Shown piece after piece: positions 29,570 to 43,519 of a stretch of 64,000 nt of DNA (position 1 is the stretch's first letter; each line of letters starts with the position of its first letter). The position numbers and the translations under genes were made by a program. The DNA comes from Eledone cirrhosa (lineage: Eukaryota). Where the stretch lies: contig OZ024747.1 of the NCBI GenBank assembly GCA_964016885.1, positions 93,310,001 through 93,374,000 on the forward strand. Direction: 5' to 3'. The notes under the pieces were generated by a model. The model was not told where the DNA came from. It saw nothing but the letters and a program-made list of their open reading frames with translations, and searched no databases.

Positions 29570-29790
29570 TAAAAACACTTGTATGCCAATGGCCTAGTTC
29601 TACTAGATGAATTTGTTACCAACATTAAACTGAAGCCTAAAATCAGGAGGCCTCCAACTAAAACTACAAATGACAAAAGCTTTAGTTATCAGGAACCAAT
29701 ACAAGACTCCACTGCAATTTTGGGAAGTGGCCATGCTTTATATGCAGAAAAAAGAACAGGTAGCAATTCCTTGTGGTGTATCAAGCTACA
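29570..29790 (+). mobile_element. Highly degraded RTE RT fragment
   Basis: Remnants of LYADDLVL (ttgtatgccaatggcctagttcta) and SGKWPC (gggaagtggccatgc). Confidence 0.5.
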
Positions 29791-30099
29791 ACTAGAAAAA
29801 CATTAGTATAACTATGTGTTTAATTTAGCCACAAAAACTAACATAGCGAGGGAATTCCTCAACATTGTATCTTATCACTTCCCATCAGAACACAAATATA
29901 GTAAGTTATTCAGAAAGATTCAATAAAACACACCCAATTCATATATATGTAAATATGTGTGTGTGGTGTGGTGTGGGTGTGTGTGTATATATATAATCAT
30001 CATTGATGTAAATATATGTATATGCGCGCGCGCGTGCGTGCGTGCGTGCGTGCGTGTAAAGGTTTGTACATATATATGTTTATATATGTGTGTGTGCGC

Positions 30100-30610
30100 G
30101 TATCATTTTACACCTGCTTTTCTATGTCTGCATGGGTAGGGCTAATCTTTTCGAACAGAGCAACCACTTACCAGATTTTCTGCAATTTGAGATCAACTCT
30201 CACAACCTCTCTCAGTTCATTCTTGGTCTCTCTATACTACAGCTTCCTTCCACTAGGATTTCTTGGCACTTCATCCAATGATCCTCGTTCATTCATATCA
30301 CATGTCCATGCTAGTATAGTCTTCACATCTACACACTACATCTAATTCCTCTTACACACATCTTTCCTCTCAGCTCATCCATGCTTTGTCATGCAAGCCT
30401 AACACTGCACATCCATTAAAGCATGCTAGCTTCATTTCTGTCTAGTCTTCACTGCCCATGTTTCACTACCATACAACATTCAGGCATTATACAGCCAGCC
30501 TTTCATTTGTAAAAAGGAACCTTTTGATGTCAACAGAGGTAGTAAGTAACCCCAGAACATTTCTCCAACCTATTCTTATTCTATGTTCTCAAAGCACTTC
30601 CTCCACCCAA
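30100..30610 (-). mobile_element. Old degraded RTE 3' fragment
   Basis: DNA similarity to the C-subfamily RT C-terminus and tail (tcattttacacctgctttt...). Confidence 0.7.
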
Positions 30611-30643
30611 CTCACCCTGTGTGGTGATCATGTGGGTGACACA

Positions 30644-30843
30644 AGAAAAAAAGTATCCAGTCCACCTTGTAAGGTGGTTGTGCTAGCGAGATGAGAAAAA
30701 AAGTATCCAGTCCACCTTGTAAGGTGGTTGTGCTAGCGAGATGAGAAAAAAAGTATCCAGTCCACCTTGTAAGGTGGTTGTGCTAGCGAGATGAGAAAAA
30801 AAGTATCCAGTCCACCTTGTAAGGTGATTGTGCTAGTGAGATA
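30644..30843 (+). repeat. 50-bp minisatellite x4 derived from the RTE 3' UTR unit
   Basis: AGAAAAAAAGTATCCAGTCCACCTTGTAAGGTGGTTGTGCTAGCGAGATG repeated four times. Confidence 0.92.
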
Positions 30844-30910
30844 GGGGGGGGGGGGGGGGGGGTCACACTGTTGACAATGAAAAAGCACCCATCAACAATG
30901 ATGAGGCTGA

Positions 30911-30957
<47 letters not shown>

Positions 30958-31449
30958 AGGTCTTCCCAATCTTCGCACTACAGATACTCCACAGCCTCTC
31001 TTGGAGGTCAGTAACCTTGCTTCAGTACTAACTCGGTCTGTGAAGACCAGTCCAATCCTTGCTAACAGGGAAAATAAACATTAAATGATGATGATATAGA
31101 CACACACACACATGTACACATATATATATATATTCATATATGTGTGTACATGTGTGCATGCACCAATTACACTGTCATTAGGAAAGCATCCAACTGTAGA
31201 AACCATGCCAAAACTGGAATATATGTAAGCAAAATGTATTCTTGGATGACAGAAGCTCAGACTCAGTATTACCTTGATCTATAATGACCTACCCAAACAT
31301 TAACAGCATGGAAAAAGTAGATACAAATGACAAAGTAAACCATGCACAGTGATTAGGTTGACATGTAAATAGAAAGTTCTTTGATGTTGAGTATAAGCTG
31401 TTCTTTAGAAAGAGAGATCAAGAGAAAGATATAGAAAAAAAATTGAAAA

Positions 31450-31800
31450 AATAGCTGGGCCAAATGCTTGCAGTATTAAGCTCTTCTAAAAGCATGGAAG
31501 ATTTAAATTTAGTTCTGTTCTTGCTCTCTGTTCACATAGCCCTTGAGTTGTTTTAACTTCAGTTTCTTCATGCCACCTTTCAGTTGCTCTACTTACGTTA
31601 AACAATGATGATTTCCCTACATCTGATTCCTCTTGAATAGTTGCTTTCCTTATCCTATCTTCAGCAAGCCTTTTTTATCTTTGTTCTTCTGATTCATTTT
31701 GCCAATATTTGGATATCAGAAACTTGTTTTGTTTTTGAAACGTACAGAGATTTTGTTGACAGACTCTAGCTGGAGCTCCACTTCGTTGCCTCTGCTTTCA
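31450..31800 (-). mobile_element. Possible degraded Helitron RepHel N-terminal (STPR-like) fragment
   Basis: Reads WQNESEEQR*KRLAEDRIR...WHEETEVK..LCEQRART, resembling E[ST]xEQRxxRL repeats. It contains stops. Confidence 0.4.
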
Positions 31801-32572
31801 AACTTATAGCTAGAAGCTTCCTTGAATTTGGAAAAATAAGGTTGGTAGACATGGTAATGGTGAAATAACAGTGTTACCACCAACCACAACCATGACTTAC
31901 TCAAAGTTACCTCCTTTAGTGTACATTTAAATACACAATACCCTCAAATGGTATGGAGGTTGTTTTTAAACGGGGCTAAATATGAAGTAGATATGGCATA
32001 TATACACACACACAGAAGAGATATAAAATATGACAAAATGTGCTGCAACCGATAGAGGAAGGAGCAGATTTTGATATTAAAGCAGGCATGCATTGTTGCT
32101 TTATGTTGATCAAATGAGTGTCACTCACTTGTTTTAGTCGTACCTCCTTTCATGCTGGAGAGAGAAGGGGACGTTCAATACTGAAGCAAGCTTGTGTTTG
32201 TAACTTCAGTGTTGGCTACTGTTGAACACGCGTTGCTCACTTTCTTTACCTCTGTTTCTTTCTCTATTCGTTTATGCATTGTTAACTTACTTGCTTAGTT
32301 CCATCTTTGGCTTTCAGTGCAGTTTAATTTCACACAGCCTGACTTTCAAATTCTCAATTCTTCATTCTTTCTATTTTCCATCACAGTGAAGATAACTCAC
32401 GACAATCACCACAGATTGACGGACAGACAAACAAACATATAAACAAATGAATATAAGAGCAAGTGTTAGGAAAACCTATTCCTGAGTCTAAGGAACTCGC
32501 ATACCATATTTGAACAAGATTGGTCCACAAGCTATTTTAAATACATAGATATATCCAATCACAAAACATATA

Positions 32573-33472
32573 CAGGGTGCGGACGATATTTGTTGGCAAT
32601 TTTCAACTGCTAATTTTATACAAATTTTTTTTACTTCCGTTGTCACTCTTGTCTTCATAAAAACAGTGACTATATTTCCATTATTTATTTTCAGAATAAT
32701 TGATTATGAATAATTTTGAACCTCCAAATTTGTGGAAGAGACACGGAGTTCTTCTTGGAATCCGTGCCAGGAGGACAAATAAGGAAATTTCAGACCTTCC
32801 CAGAACAACAGCTGGCTCGCTGTCTCATCCACTCATCCAAAGACATGCCCAGAGTCATGCAGACAAAGTTTCCAGCGACAACATTGGTCTTAGGTGGCGT
32901 CAGCAGTCAAGGTGACGTCATGCCATCTCACTTCTTCCTTGAGGGCCTCAAGCTGAACACCGATGGCTACATCCGCGTTCTGAGCGAGTTAGTAAAGCCA
33001 TGGATTGACCAGGTAGCTGCAGGTAGGCCGTACGTATGGCAACAAGACTCAGCGCCCTGCCATACCAGCCGAAAGACCCAAGCCTGACTGTCAGAGAACT
33101 TCGTCGACCACACTTCACCTGACATCTGGCCTCCGAATTCGCCTGACTGCAACCCCCTCGACTTCTTTGTGTGGGGCGCAGTGGAACGAGACACCAACAT
33201 ATCTAGCTGCAATGCGAAAGACGATCTGAAGGCCAGGATCACGAGTGCCTTTAGGGGCCTAAGTCGGGAGACAGTGACGAAGGCCTGTAGCCGGTTCCGA
33301 GGCCACCTTGAGGCCGTCATCAAAGCCAATGGCGGGTTTATTGAGTGAGATCGAAAGAACAAGTCATGAAGACAAACTGACCCAAGTTTGATAAATAAAT
33401 CTTAAAAAATAAAACTACTGTGTTACTTTTTCCTAGACAGTAATCTTGCGAACAAATATCGTCCGCACCCTG
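32573..33472 (+). mobile_element. Tc1/mariner DD37D (maT-type) transposon, internally deleted
   Basis: TIRs CAGGGTGCGGACGATATTTGTT at both ends with TA on both sides. The transposase remnant WQQDSAPCH...WPPNSPDCNPLDFFVWG has 37 residues between the two Ds and ends ANGGFIE*. It carries an in-frame stop and lacks the first D. Confidence 0.95.
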
Positions 33473-33736
33473 TATATATAAAATAAAAAGAATATTCATC
33501 GTAGAGTCAAGCATTCTTTTATTGGTTCCAGTCACTGGACTGTGGTCGTGCTAGAGCACCATCTTCAAGGCTTTAATCGATCATAACACCAATACTTATC
33601 AATTTCTATATTTTGAACTGCTAGGTTACAGTACATAAACAGAGAAAGGAATAAAGAATAAATACACACACACAAACACACATATATATATATATATAAG
33701 ACCAGCTTTCATAAATAAGGTCCATTATTTGTATAC

Positions 33737-34290
33737 ATGGTGAATTGACAGTATCAGTAGAGGGTCGGACGCCATGCTTTGACGCATAGAGTTACGGCCC
33801 TTGCCATTCTGAGTTCAAATCCCGCCGAGGTTAACTTTGCCTTTCATCCTTATGGGGTCGATAAAATAAAGTACCAGTAATGCACCGGGTTATTGCTGGC
33901 CTTGTGTCAAAAGTTGAAACAATTATTTGTATACAATTAACACCAATTTTTATTCATATATATATATATATATATATATACATAGTATGTGTGTGGGTAT
34001 AATTAACATTCATTAAGAGGGTCGGATACCATGTTTTGACGTATAGAGTTACAACCCTTGCCATTCTGAGTTCAAATCTCGCCGAGGTTAACTTTGCCTT
34101 TCATCCTTACGGGGTTGATAAAATAAAGAACCAGTAATGTACTGGATAATTGCTGGCCTTGTGCCAAACGTAGAAACAATTATACATATAATTATATATA
34201 TATGGTTGACTTTGCCTTTCATCCTTACGGGGTCGATAAAATAAAGTACCAGTAATGCACTGGGTTATTGCTGGCCTTGTGCCAAAAGTA
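33737..34290 (+). mobile_element. Cluster of three Meta-like SINE copies (one full, two truncated)
   Basis: Same core as 2800-3187. Confidence 0.85.
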
Positions 34291-34323
34291 TTATACATAT
34301 ATCATTTCATAAAATTATACATA

Positions 34324-34660
34324 TATCATTTCATTTTACGTCCGCTTTTTCCCTGCTTGCAAGGGTGGGACGGGAACTGATTCTGGCTTGATTTCTACAG
34401 CTGGATGCCCTTCCTAACACCAACCTCATTTACAGTGAGTGCTGGGTGCTTTTTTTGCCATGGCACCTCCATGACCACTTTGCAGTGGAATGATATGGAC
34501 CCCAGTCCCTATCATCTCATTTCTACAGCTGAGTAAACTGGAGCAATGTGAAATAAAGTGTCTTGCTCAAGGAAACAACACAACACCCGGTCTGAGAATT
34601 GAACTCACAACATTTCGATTGCAAGGCCAATGCTCTAACCACTAAGCCATGTGCTTCCAC
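34324..34660 (-). mobile_element. tRNA-derived CORE-like SINE (third copy)
   Basis: Same head, core and tail as 27472-27815. Confidence 0.88.
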
Positions 34661-34683
34661 TAAATATATATATATATATATAT

Positions 34684-35872
34684 ATCATCATCCTCATCGT
34701 TTTACGTCCGTTCTTCCACGCTAGCATGGGTTAGACGGGTTGTCCTGCTGTGGGCAGTGTCTGGTCGGCTGACCATGCCTTGCTCATACAGGAACTGATT
34801 TGGCTTGATTTCTACAGCTGGATGCCCTTCCTAACACCAACCTCATTTACAGTGAGTGCTGGGTGCTTTTTCGTGGCGCCTACACGTCCACTTTACAGTG
34901 TGGGCTGGGTGCTTTTTTGCCGTGGCACCTCCACGACCACCTTGCAGTGGGGGGTGTGGGGGCATATTGTCTATATGCTTCAGCTTGTACCCATGGGAGG
35001 TCGGGTACTCTGTATTACTGCGCGACGCCAGAGGTCATGGTCGTGTGTCATCGCCTTTGAGAGGTGTAATTGGGTAAGGTCGGCTTTTATCACCTCATCC
35101 CAGGTCATCTTGGGTCTCCCCACTCCGCGGTTTCCATCGACTTCTAGTGCTCTGCACCTTTTTATGCAGCTGTCATCCTTCATACGCATCACATGTCCAT
35201 ACCAACGCAATTGCTTCTCCTGCACACAGCATTTGATTCCTCTTATGCTCAGTCTCTCTCTCAATTCATTTATGCTTTGTCGTTCGTGTATATTACTGTT
35301 ACACATCCATCGGAGCATGCAGGCTTCGTTTCTCTCTAATCTACGTAAGTCTTCCACCTTCAGCGCCCAGGTCTCACTACCATGCAACATCGCTGTTCGG
35401 ATACACGCATCATACAGTCTGCCTTTCATTTTGAGGGAGAAGCCTTTTGCAGCTAGCAGTGGTAGTAGTTCCCTAAACTTCTTCCATCCCGTTCTTACCC
35501 TAGTTATTGTACTTTCTGAACACCCACCTCCGCTGCTAATTCGGTCACCTAGGTAGCAGAAGCTGTCTACTGTTTCTACAGAGCCCTCCCAGAGATTGGT
35601 GGTACTTGTTTCCTGTGGCTGTTTGCTGCTTGCTGTCCCAGCACAGCTGCTGCAGGTGAAGCCTACATTCTTAATTAAGCTTCCTGAGATCCCGCTACAT
35701 CTCTTGTGTACCCATTGTTTGCATTTGGGGCAGAGAATGGAGTTCCTACCTACACCTTTCCTACATACTGAGCAAGGCCATTTCCCTGAGGGGATCTGGG
35801 TTCTGTTTTCTCGTCTACTTACAAGGACCTTAGTCTTTGTCATGTTGACTTTGAGACCCTTTCTTTCTAGTC
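34684..35872 (-). mobile_element. RTE subfamily B 3' fragment with an open frame
   Basis: ORF 34980-35843 (287 aa) contains the Cys/His finger, CYLG and QLRWYGHV. Confidence 0.94.
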
Positions 35873-35989
35873 TATATATATTAAATATTTATATTAAATA
35901 TTTATATATTTATATATATATATTAAATATTTATACTCTGATATGTATCGAGTACCTTACTGCGGTTACCCTCGATTGAACGCGGGATA

Positions 35990-36027
<38 letters not shown>

Positions 36028-36400
36028 AGATTGTTTTAGCCATATGAACATAAGCGTATATTCAATAAAGACTAACAGGTCCTAATAATAAGAGATCTAG
36101 TTCAAATTTTAAATAAACTGCTTTCTTCTACTTTTACTTTCTCTATCTGTCTTACCTTGCCTATCTTTTTTCTCTCAGTGTGCGTCTATCTCTATTCCCT
36201 TTTCTCTCAGTTTTTCAATTTCGTATTCTATTACACATAATCTCTCTTCTTTCTCCAGATAAAGGAGAGTGTTATCCGAGTCAAAATGGCCAGAGTTGTC
36301 TATATTAATATAAATATAACTGAAAAATTATAAAATGATGCTTCAAAATAAATGTGAAACACTGTTTATAAAGTATGTGCTCTTGTTCGTAATGTAGCCG

Positions 36401-36444
<44 letters not shown>

Positions 36445-36604
36445 TATGAGCGTGTGTGGTTTGAGCGATCATAACACAGAAATCATAATGATCACCAGTA
36501 GTTGGCTGATATTAGGATTTGTCTCGTCTTCGTGTGTTCATTTTGAATCCGATCTATAAAAATTTTTTTTATATTTATCTTATTTACGTTCATTTTATAT
36601 GTAT

Positions 36605-36653
<49 letters not shown>

Positions 36654-38569
36654 TGCTGTTGATAATTTCCTTTCTGTTTCTGATAAATATACATCCAAAC
36701 AATATCTAAATTATACCTCCTCCTCCTTTATGAAATGCATTTCGTAAAATACGCACATTTTTAACGAGTAGCTCGCAATCAAATTTGTGCTGAGGTATAA
36801 CAGTTAGCAACACACAAACCGCACTGAAATACACAAATTTCACGAGTTATTATATATACACACTAGCAATGTAAGTGAAATAACACCTAGCCGGTATTGA
36901 AACTGTCTCGGATTTAGCTAACAGCTTGTCTGGGTATGTGAGTTTATTTAAATGACCAGCATTGTGGAGTAGGGACAAAGAGTGAGGGCCAAATTTGCGA
37001 TAGGGTTTCGATGTGTGTTCAGAGATATTTCATTTTACTGACGTTAATGCTACAATATAAATTTTAACACATCCTTTCGCAGCTTCCTCTCCACATCACA
37101 GCTTGGCGAAGGATGGGCTCTAAACCAGGATTACCCTTGTCACATAATATATAGAACGTTTATACAATAACCCATCAAAAACCTGGTTTATGAGCTGGCT
37201 CTTATACTCCATATAATAACAGACAACAGGCGCGTAATTTTTAGGGTGTGGAAAGTAAAATCAGATCTAATAATAATAATTGTTTCTACTTTTGGCACAA
37301 GGCCAGCAATTATTCCAGTGTATTACTGGTACTTTATTTTATCGACCCCGTAAAGATGAAAGGCAAAGTTGACCTCGGCGGGATTTGAACTAATAATAAT
37401 AATAATGAATCTTAAAACTGAGAACCAGACAAATTTTTTATCAGAGAAGATTATTATTGATCGATTGATACTAATATTCGTAGTTTACTAGAGATATTTT
37501 TCCATTAACATTAGAAGAATAGAAAACTGGTTAAGCTAAGTACAATTTTAACCCAACAAAATGAAACCCTGTCATTCAAATAAAAAAAACTCAAATAAAA
37601 TAGCGAATTAATTCATGTGATGTTTATGCTTTTCCCAAAGATATCGGCAAAAGTGAATACAAGTGGGGGTCGACGAGAGAGCATCTGTGTGGGTGCTCGG
37701 AAATGACAGTTTCATTTCTATCAAAACACACCCTGTAATGTAGTCTTAAAGAAAAAGACACACCAAACAATATAGTCCTAAAAAGTCTGGGATTGTCACT
37801 GCTGAAACGTCTATGATTATAGGTGTACCTCTTCGATTAGGGCTGACCTGGAGCTAAACAGCTACAGATCGAAACAAAATCACATATTCGCTGCCGAGCG
37901 ACAAAGTGAAGAGAGAAAATGGCAAGTTGCTTAATTCATGGCAGTAAACATTTTAAAAAAGGGAAAAAATAATATTTAATACTATAATTTCTTTAAAGAG
38001 CCACAAAGATAATTAATATATAGTCAATAGAATCGATCCCGAAAAAATAATAAAATAAAATGAAATAAAACATCCGGTCCGAACGAAATTTGAACTCAGA
38101 ACAACTGGTGTCTTCCAGATCATCTAAGTAAATAAACCCTTAAATATTACTGGTACGATTTGATTTCGATACAACGTAGAACGATTACTGTAAAGCAGTT
38201 TAATTTGGCAATATAGCGATTCTGTCAACTCTCTGCTGTTACCGCCCTAATAATTTTTAAAAGTAACTAAATATTTTTATATTAAGGTTTCATGGTTGTG
38301 GGCTTTGGTTTTTTTTTCGGTTTTTTTTTTTTTTGTTTTGTTTTGTTTTCTTTGTTGTTGTTTTTTTTTGGGGGGGGGGGTATTTTTTTCGTTAGACTAT
38401 ATCGTAACAATTGCATGTTTTCTCACCTCTCCCATGTCTCTATGGTTTATAAAAAAATATCTATGTAGTGGATGATTGTTGCATCTCAAACAGACGTGTG
38501 TGATGTGATGTGGACTTAGTGAATGGTTAAAGAGAAAAGATAATTTGTGATGCAAATCACGTCACTTAC

Positions 38570-38683
38570 CAGAACTTTGGTAAACCTCCGTTCGAGCTCG
38601 GTGGGGTCGGGCATGGGTAGCCGGATGGGCAAGGATGCCCGTAACTCCGGCCGAGTAGTCTCGATGCTTTCGCCATTCCCCAT
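38570..38683 (-). CDS. FMNL: Formin-like protein (FMNL/FRL family), first coding exon, 38 aa
   Basis: Translates MGNGESIETTRPELRASLPIRLPMPDPTELERRFTKVL, which matches from recall the FMNL2-type N-terminus (MGNAGS...LKLPMPEPGELEERFAIVL). It has an MGxxxS myristoylation motif and ends in phase 0 at CTG|GTAAGT (donor starts at 38569). Confidence 0.9.
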
Positions 38684-38764
38684 CTGTGGGCTTCGCAGTG
38701 AGCCCAGAGCTCTCCTAATTCCTCTATGGTGATACACGGTGACTGCTTCTGGCCCGGAACTCCG

Positions 38765-38818
<54 letters not shown>

Positions 38819-40529
38819 TATAAGCAGTATATATATATATGCGTTAAATGTGTGTATGTATATATATATATGTGTGTGTATGTATAATAATAATTATGTA
38901 GTGGTAAGAGAAAACTCTCCTCTTCCTCTACTTGAGAAACGAACCCGGAATTTACTGAACTTTCTTTTACTTTCCTCTTTTCCTATTATTATTATATTAT
39001 TATTATTATTATTATTTCCTTCCCGTGCTTTTCACATTTATTTTTTTTATTTTTCGGGAGGTATATTTTTTTTTAATTTCTGTTGTTTTCCTCCTTCCTT
39101 CTTTTCTCCGCTTTTCTGTTTTTAGTTTTGTTTAGTTTTTTGTGTGATAATATTATTATTTATTGATGATTCCGCCTTCGGCGATCAACTATTTATAATG
39201 ACATTCATACACTAAGAAAACGCTTAATTATGTTGATTTATATGTTAACGGAATTAGGTTATATATATATGTATATATATAATTATTATTAATGCCCAAC
39301 GTTTCAAATATCTCGACACACAGACAGTATTAACACATCAACGTTTTAAATAACTAGATACACACATATACACACTCATTTCTATATATATAAACATACA
39401 CTTAGAGAAAATACGTTATATATATATATACTCACGCACACATACTATTAGAAGACCGTTGCAAATATATATCAATATATATATATATCGGCACACACTC
39501 ACCTTTTCTTACACATAAACACACACGCACATACGCAAATTAAATGATTAAATGACCGTTTGAGAGAAAAGGAAGAAAGAAGGAAACCACTCACTAAAGT
39601 GAAAGGCAAATCTGGTCCCTATATTATAATATAATAATAATAATAATGTACTATCTACGTCGTCTTGCCCTCGAAATGGTTTGGCGGCGGCAGCAAGAAC
39701 AATACCAACACCAGTTGTACTGAAGCAGGTCTACTACTACTTCATCACCATTATAATTTTTCTTATTATTATTATACAAAGCACTGTTGTCCGGTAATTC
39801 TTTACTTCCCATTCTTCTCATCCCCGTCAAACAGTAAATCTTTTCTTTTCGGTTGGTTTCGGTGTTTCGACCCAGTTTGTGGAATATCCGATAGATTAGG
39901 AATCTTCAGCTTATCAAGTTCTTCCTGCTGGTTCATTATTATCTGTTACACATCCACAATTTCTTTGCCTTTTTTCCTCTTTCCTCAGTCAGTGTCTCCG
40001 TGTGTGCTGACGTTAAGGGTCCACCATTTTTGCTTCGAGTGAAGCTTAGGTGAGTGAGTGTAACTGAGATAGATACAGATATATGTAAAGAGAGGAGCGA
40101 AAGGAAGACAGAGAGATATGTGTAGAGAGAGGGGAGAAAGGAAGACAGATAGATATATGTGAGAGAGGAGGGAAAGACGGATAGATATTGGTGGAGAGAG
40201 GGGTAGAATAGACAGATATATAGATATATATATGTGTGTGTGTGTAGAGGGAAGGGTGGAATAAAGATATATATATATTGAGAGAGGGGCTCGAAAGGAA
40301 GATAGGTATATATAGGTTGAGAGAGAGGTGGAATAAAGAGAGATAGATGAATGTGCAGAGAGGGACGAAATAAAGACAGATATATATATATATATACAAG
40401 CGAGAGGGACGAGGTAAAGATATATATATGTGTGGAGAGAGGGGTGGAATAATATATATATATATAAATATCCCGTCCAAACCCATGCAAGCGTGGAAGA
40501 TGGAGGTTAAACGATGATGATGATGATGA

Positions 40530-40604
<75 letters not shown>

Positions 40605-41000
40605 GAGAGAGGAACAAAATAAAGACAGATATATATATATATTTGAAGAGAGAGAGAGAGGGACGAAATAAAGCTAGATATATATATACGTGGAGAGGGA
40701 GGTGTGGAATAAAGAGAGTATTATTTATATGAGTGGGTGCCACTTTGCTGCTGCTGATTGTTTCAGTTAGTCTAACACTTCTTTCTCCCTCTTCCTTTTC
40801 TTGTTGCTGTTGTTGCAAAATAGGAAGAACAGATATTTCAGCAGGTTGCTGCTGCTATCACGTTTTTTTTTTCCTTTCGCTGCTATGGAAGCAGCGATGT
40901 GATATAACAAATTCACCAGCTTTCCGTTCGATTTCTTATTTTTGCGGATACATATTTAGGGAGCACGTTTATTTCGGCATTTTTATTCTGTCGAAAAATG
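38684..41000 (-). promoter_or_regulatory. Probable 5' UTR/promoter region of FMNL
   Basis: Lies directly upstream of the ATG, is comparatively poor in large TEs, has more CpG and CAG/AAT triplet runs, and contains a candidate minus-strand donor AAG|GTGAGT near 39500. The TSS cannot be located. Confidence 0.4.
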
Positions 41001-43519
41001 AATGAGGAAGCATCGAACACAGATATTAAAAAGTTTCTATATATTTTTTCTTATCTATTTTAATTTGTGTAAATATATGTATTTATTAATATTAATAGTA
41101 ATTATGTTTAATAAATAGTAATAGTAGTTGTAGGTAGCAATAGCTGCAGTGGTAGATGGACCGAGACTTGACTCTTAATTGATACTTAATTATATACAAA
41201 CGTTTGGAAGTAAACGAAAGGAAAATGATCAATAAATGTTGTAGATTTCTTTTAGGTACGTTTCAAACTGAGTATTCACTCCGCCCTTGCCCAGAGTTTA
41301 TGGCTAAATACGATCCTTCAGGCGACAAAAGATTCATTTTTTATCGCCTGAAATATTGCACATTCACCTACTTATAATGTATTTTGTTTCAAGGAGCTAT
41401 CCTTCTAATCAAAATGCAGTCACCGTGTTGTCTCTTTAAGCAAGGTTTTAACACGGCTCCCTTCGTGCGAAAAAAAAAAAAAAAGATACACGCCTTCACA
41501 CTTAATTTTAGTTTTCGCTTGAAATAACGAGTTTTTGAGGTTTTTGTTTTTATTTTGACTAGGCACAAGACATATAGCATACACTAAAAGCCCATATCTG
41601 ACAGATAAATAAGTTTTACCCTAATTAATTTTCAACTACTACAGGTTCACCATCAGGTTGCATTCCCTAACTGTTACTGCTACTATTACTACTACTACTG
41701 CCACCACTACCACTATTATAGCCTTTATTCCTTGCAATTCAATAAACTCACTTGACATAAACTCACTTGACATACCTGTTTCTGATTCTCTTACTATATA
41801 TCTCACCCCACATTTGATCTTATAACCCTTCTGTCTTCGCTAGAGCTGCACTTCTCTATCTTTCTCCCTCTCTCTACCTTACTCTTCTTTGCTTAGGTTT
41901 TCACCAATTCAAGTGAACAGTTTGAACCAAGAAGAGTGTCTCTATGCAGTCTTTCGACCTGCTAGAAATAGCAGCGAACTCTTTATCAAATCACGGTCTA
42001 CTGTCTTAAAGTAGATATCATTGAACAATATAGTGGTTGATATACAAAAATATGGTATAGTCATGGCCGGAACGACTTAATCATAGATCAGAGCTAAATA
42101 ACAACTGAAGCAACGTATAATTCACTAGGAAATGTTTGCAGTGAAATGTGAACTCATAATTTATAGTTTGGCATAAATGGTAGCAGGCATGAGTTTGATA
42201 TAATTACTATTTGGCTAGTTAACCTCTATACTTTAACTAAAGATTTTACTTAAGAAATCATAATTTCATATAGGTGCCGATTTGACAAAGTCGTTAATGC
42301 GTTGGATTAAATGACAGAGTATTAGAGGATCAAATCCTACCAAAGTAAACTTGTCCTTTCGTCCTTTCGAAGTTGATAAATAAAATACCAGGACAGTGGA
42401 TTGACCATTGGCGGAATTGTCAAAAAGTTGTATTTGATCTGGCTCGGTGTATTCTGAGTTCAAATTCTGTCTCCTTCTGTGAGGAGTTATACCCAGACCT
42501 AGCAGAACGTACCAACAATGAAAATACCAATGGAAACATACTGTTCTTGGTCCGATATGTGAAAATGCAGATGATAGGATAGTGAATAGTCATTTATTTA
42601 TAACACTTGGTCGTCATTTGCAGTTTGGAGAGTAGATGAGAGATGCATCATCGTCGCCATTTTACGTCTATCTTCCTTGCTTACATAGAGGTTAGACGGA
42701 CCCCCCCACATTCAGAGTCTAGACACGCCATGTGGCTGGATACCCTCCTTAATGCCAACTACTTCAAGGCATGTACTTGGTGAGTTTCATTGTAACACCG
42801 CTACTACCATATGAGTGGGTGAACTATCGACTTTTTATCATGACACCGCTTCTACCACTTTATAGAGTGCACGGACTCGATGTATTTTATTGTGGCATCA
42901 GCTCTGCTACTTTACAGTGTTAGTCAGGTGTATTCTGTGGTGGCACCCGCACAACCATTTTCGACACTAAGACGTTCGTTGAAACGAGTTTGATCGTTGT
43001 CTCAAGCTACTGAAAAGGCCTTATTGGACGTAAAATCACAGCGAGACAAAATACGTATGGATGTAATTACCCTTGTTGTCGATATGGATGTGATTACTCA
43101 TGTTTTTATAAAGGTAGAGTCTGAATTAATGGAATTAAGCTCCTATTTCTAGCTAGCCGAGCGACCACATAGAGATTGGTTTGGCTAGCTCTAAGCCAAT
43201 GATGTTCTTTGGTCCCTTATAGAGGAGACATATGATAAACAGCATTGCAGTCTGTCTTTCTGAAGTCTATGACTACATTACTCTGTGTCGTGTCCTTATT
43301 TAAGACGATATTATGTGGCTTGAGCAAGATTTTCGCACAAGTGATTTAGCTCACCACAGTAAGCAGTGATAGCACAACAGAATTGACGACTGATGTTATT
43401 ACTTGCTGTACTGAGCTCAATTCCTTCCATTTAATACGCCATCATCCTATCCATGGAAAAGTTTGTCTCATTCAGTTAACATTATGAAAATCGGGAGATA
43501 AATGCCAATCTGGTGGATC

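Noticed and set aside
30644-30843. CRISPR-like array (regular repeats with a hairpin)
   Set aside because: The units are contiguous with no unique spacers, there are no cas genes, the context is eukaryotic, and the unit derives from the LINE UTR.
38516-38737. The 73-aa ORF as a complete gene
   Set aside because: It uses a non-ATG start and reads through the splice donor. Only 38570-38683 is supported.
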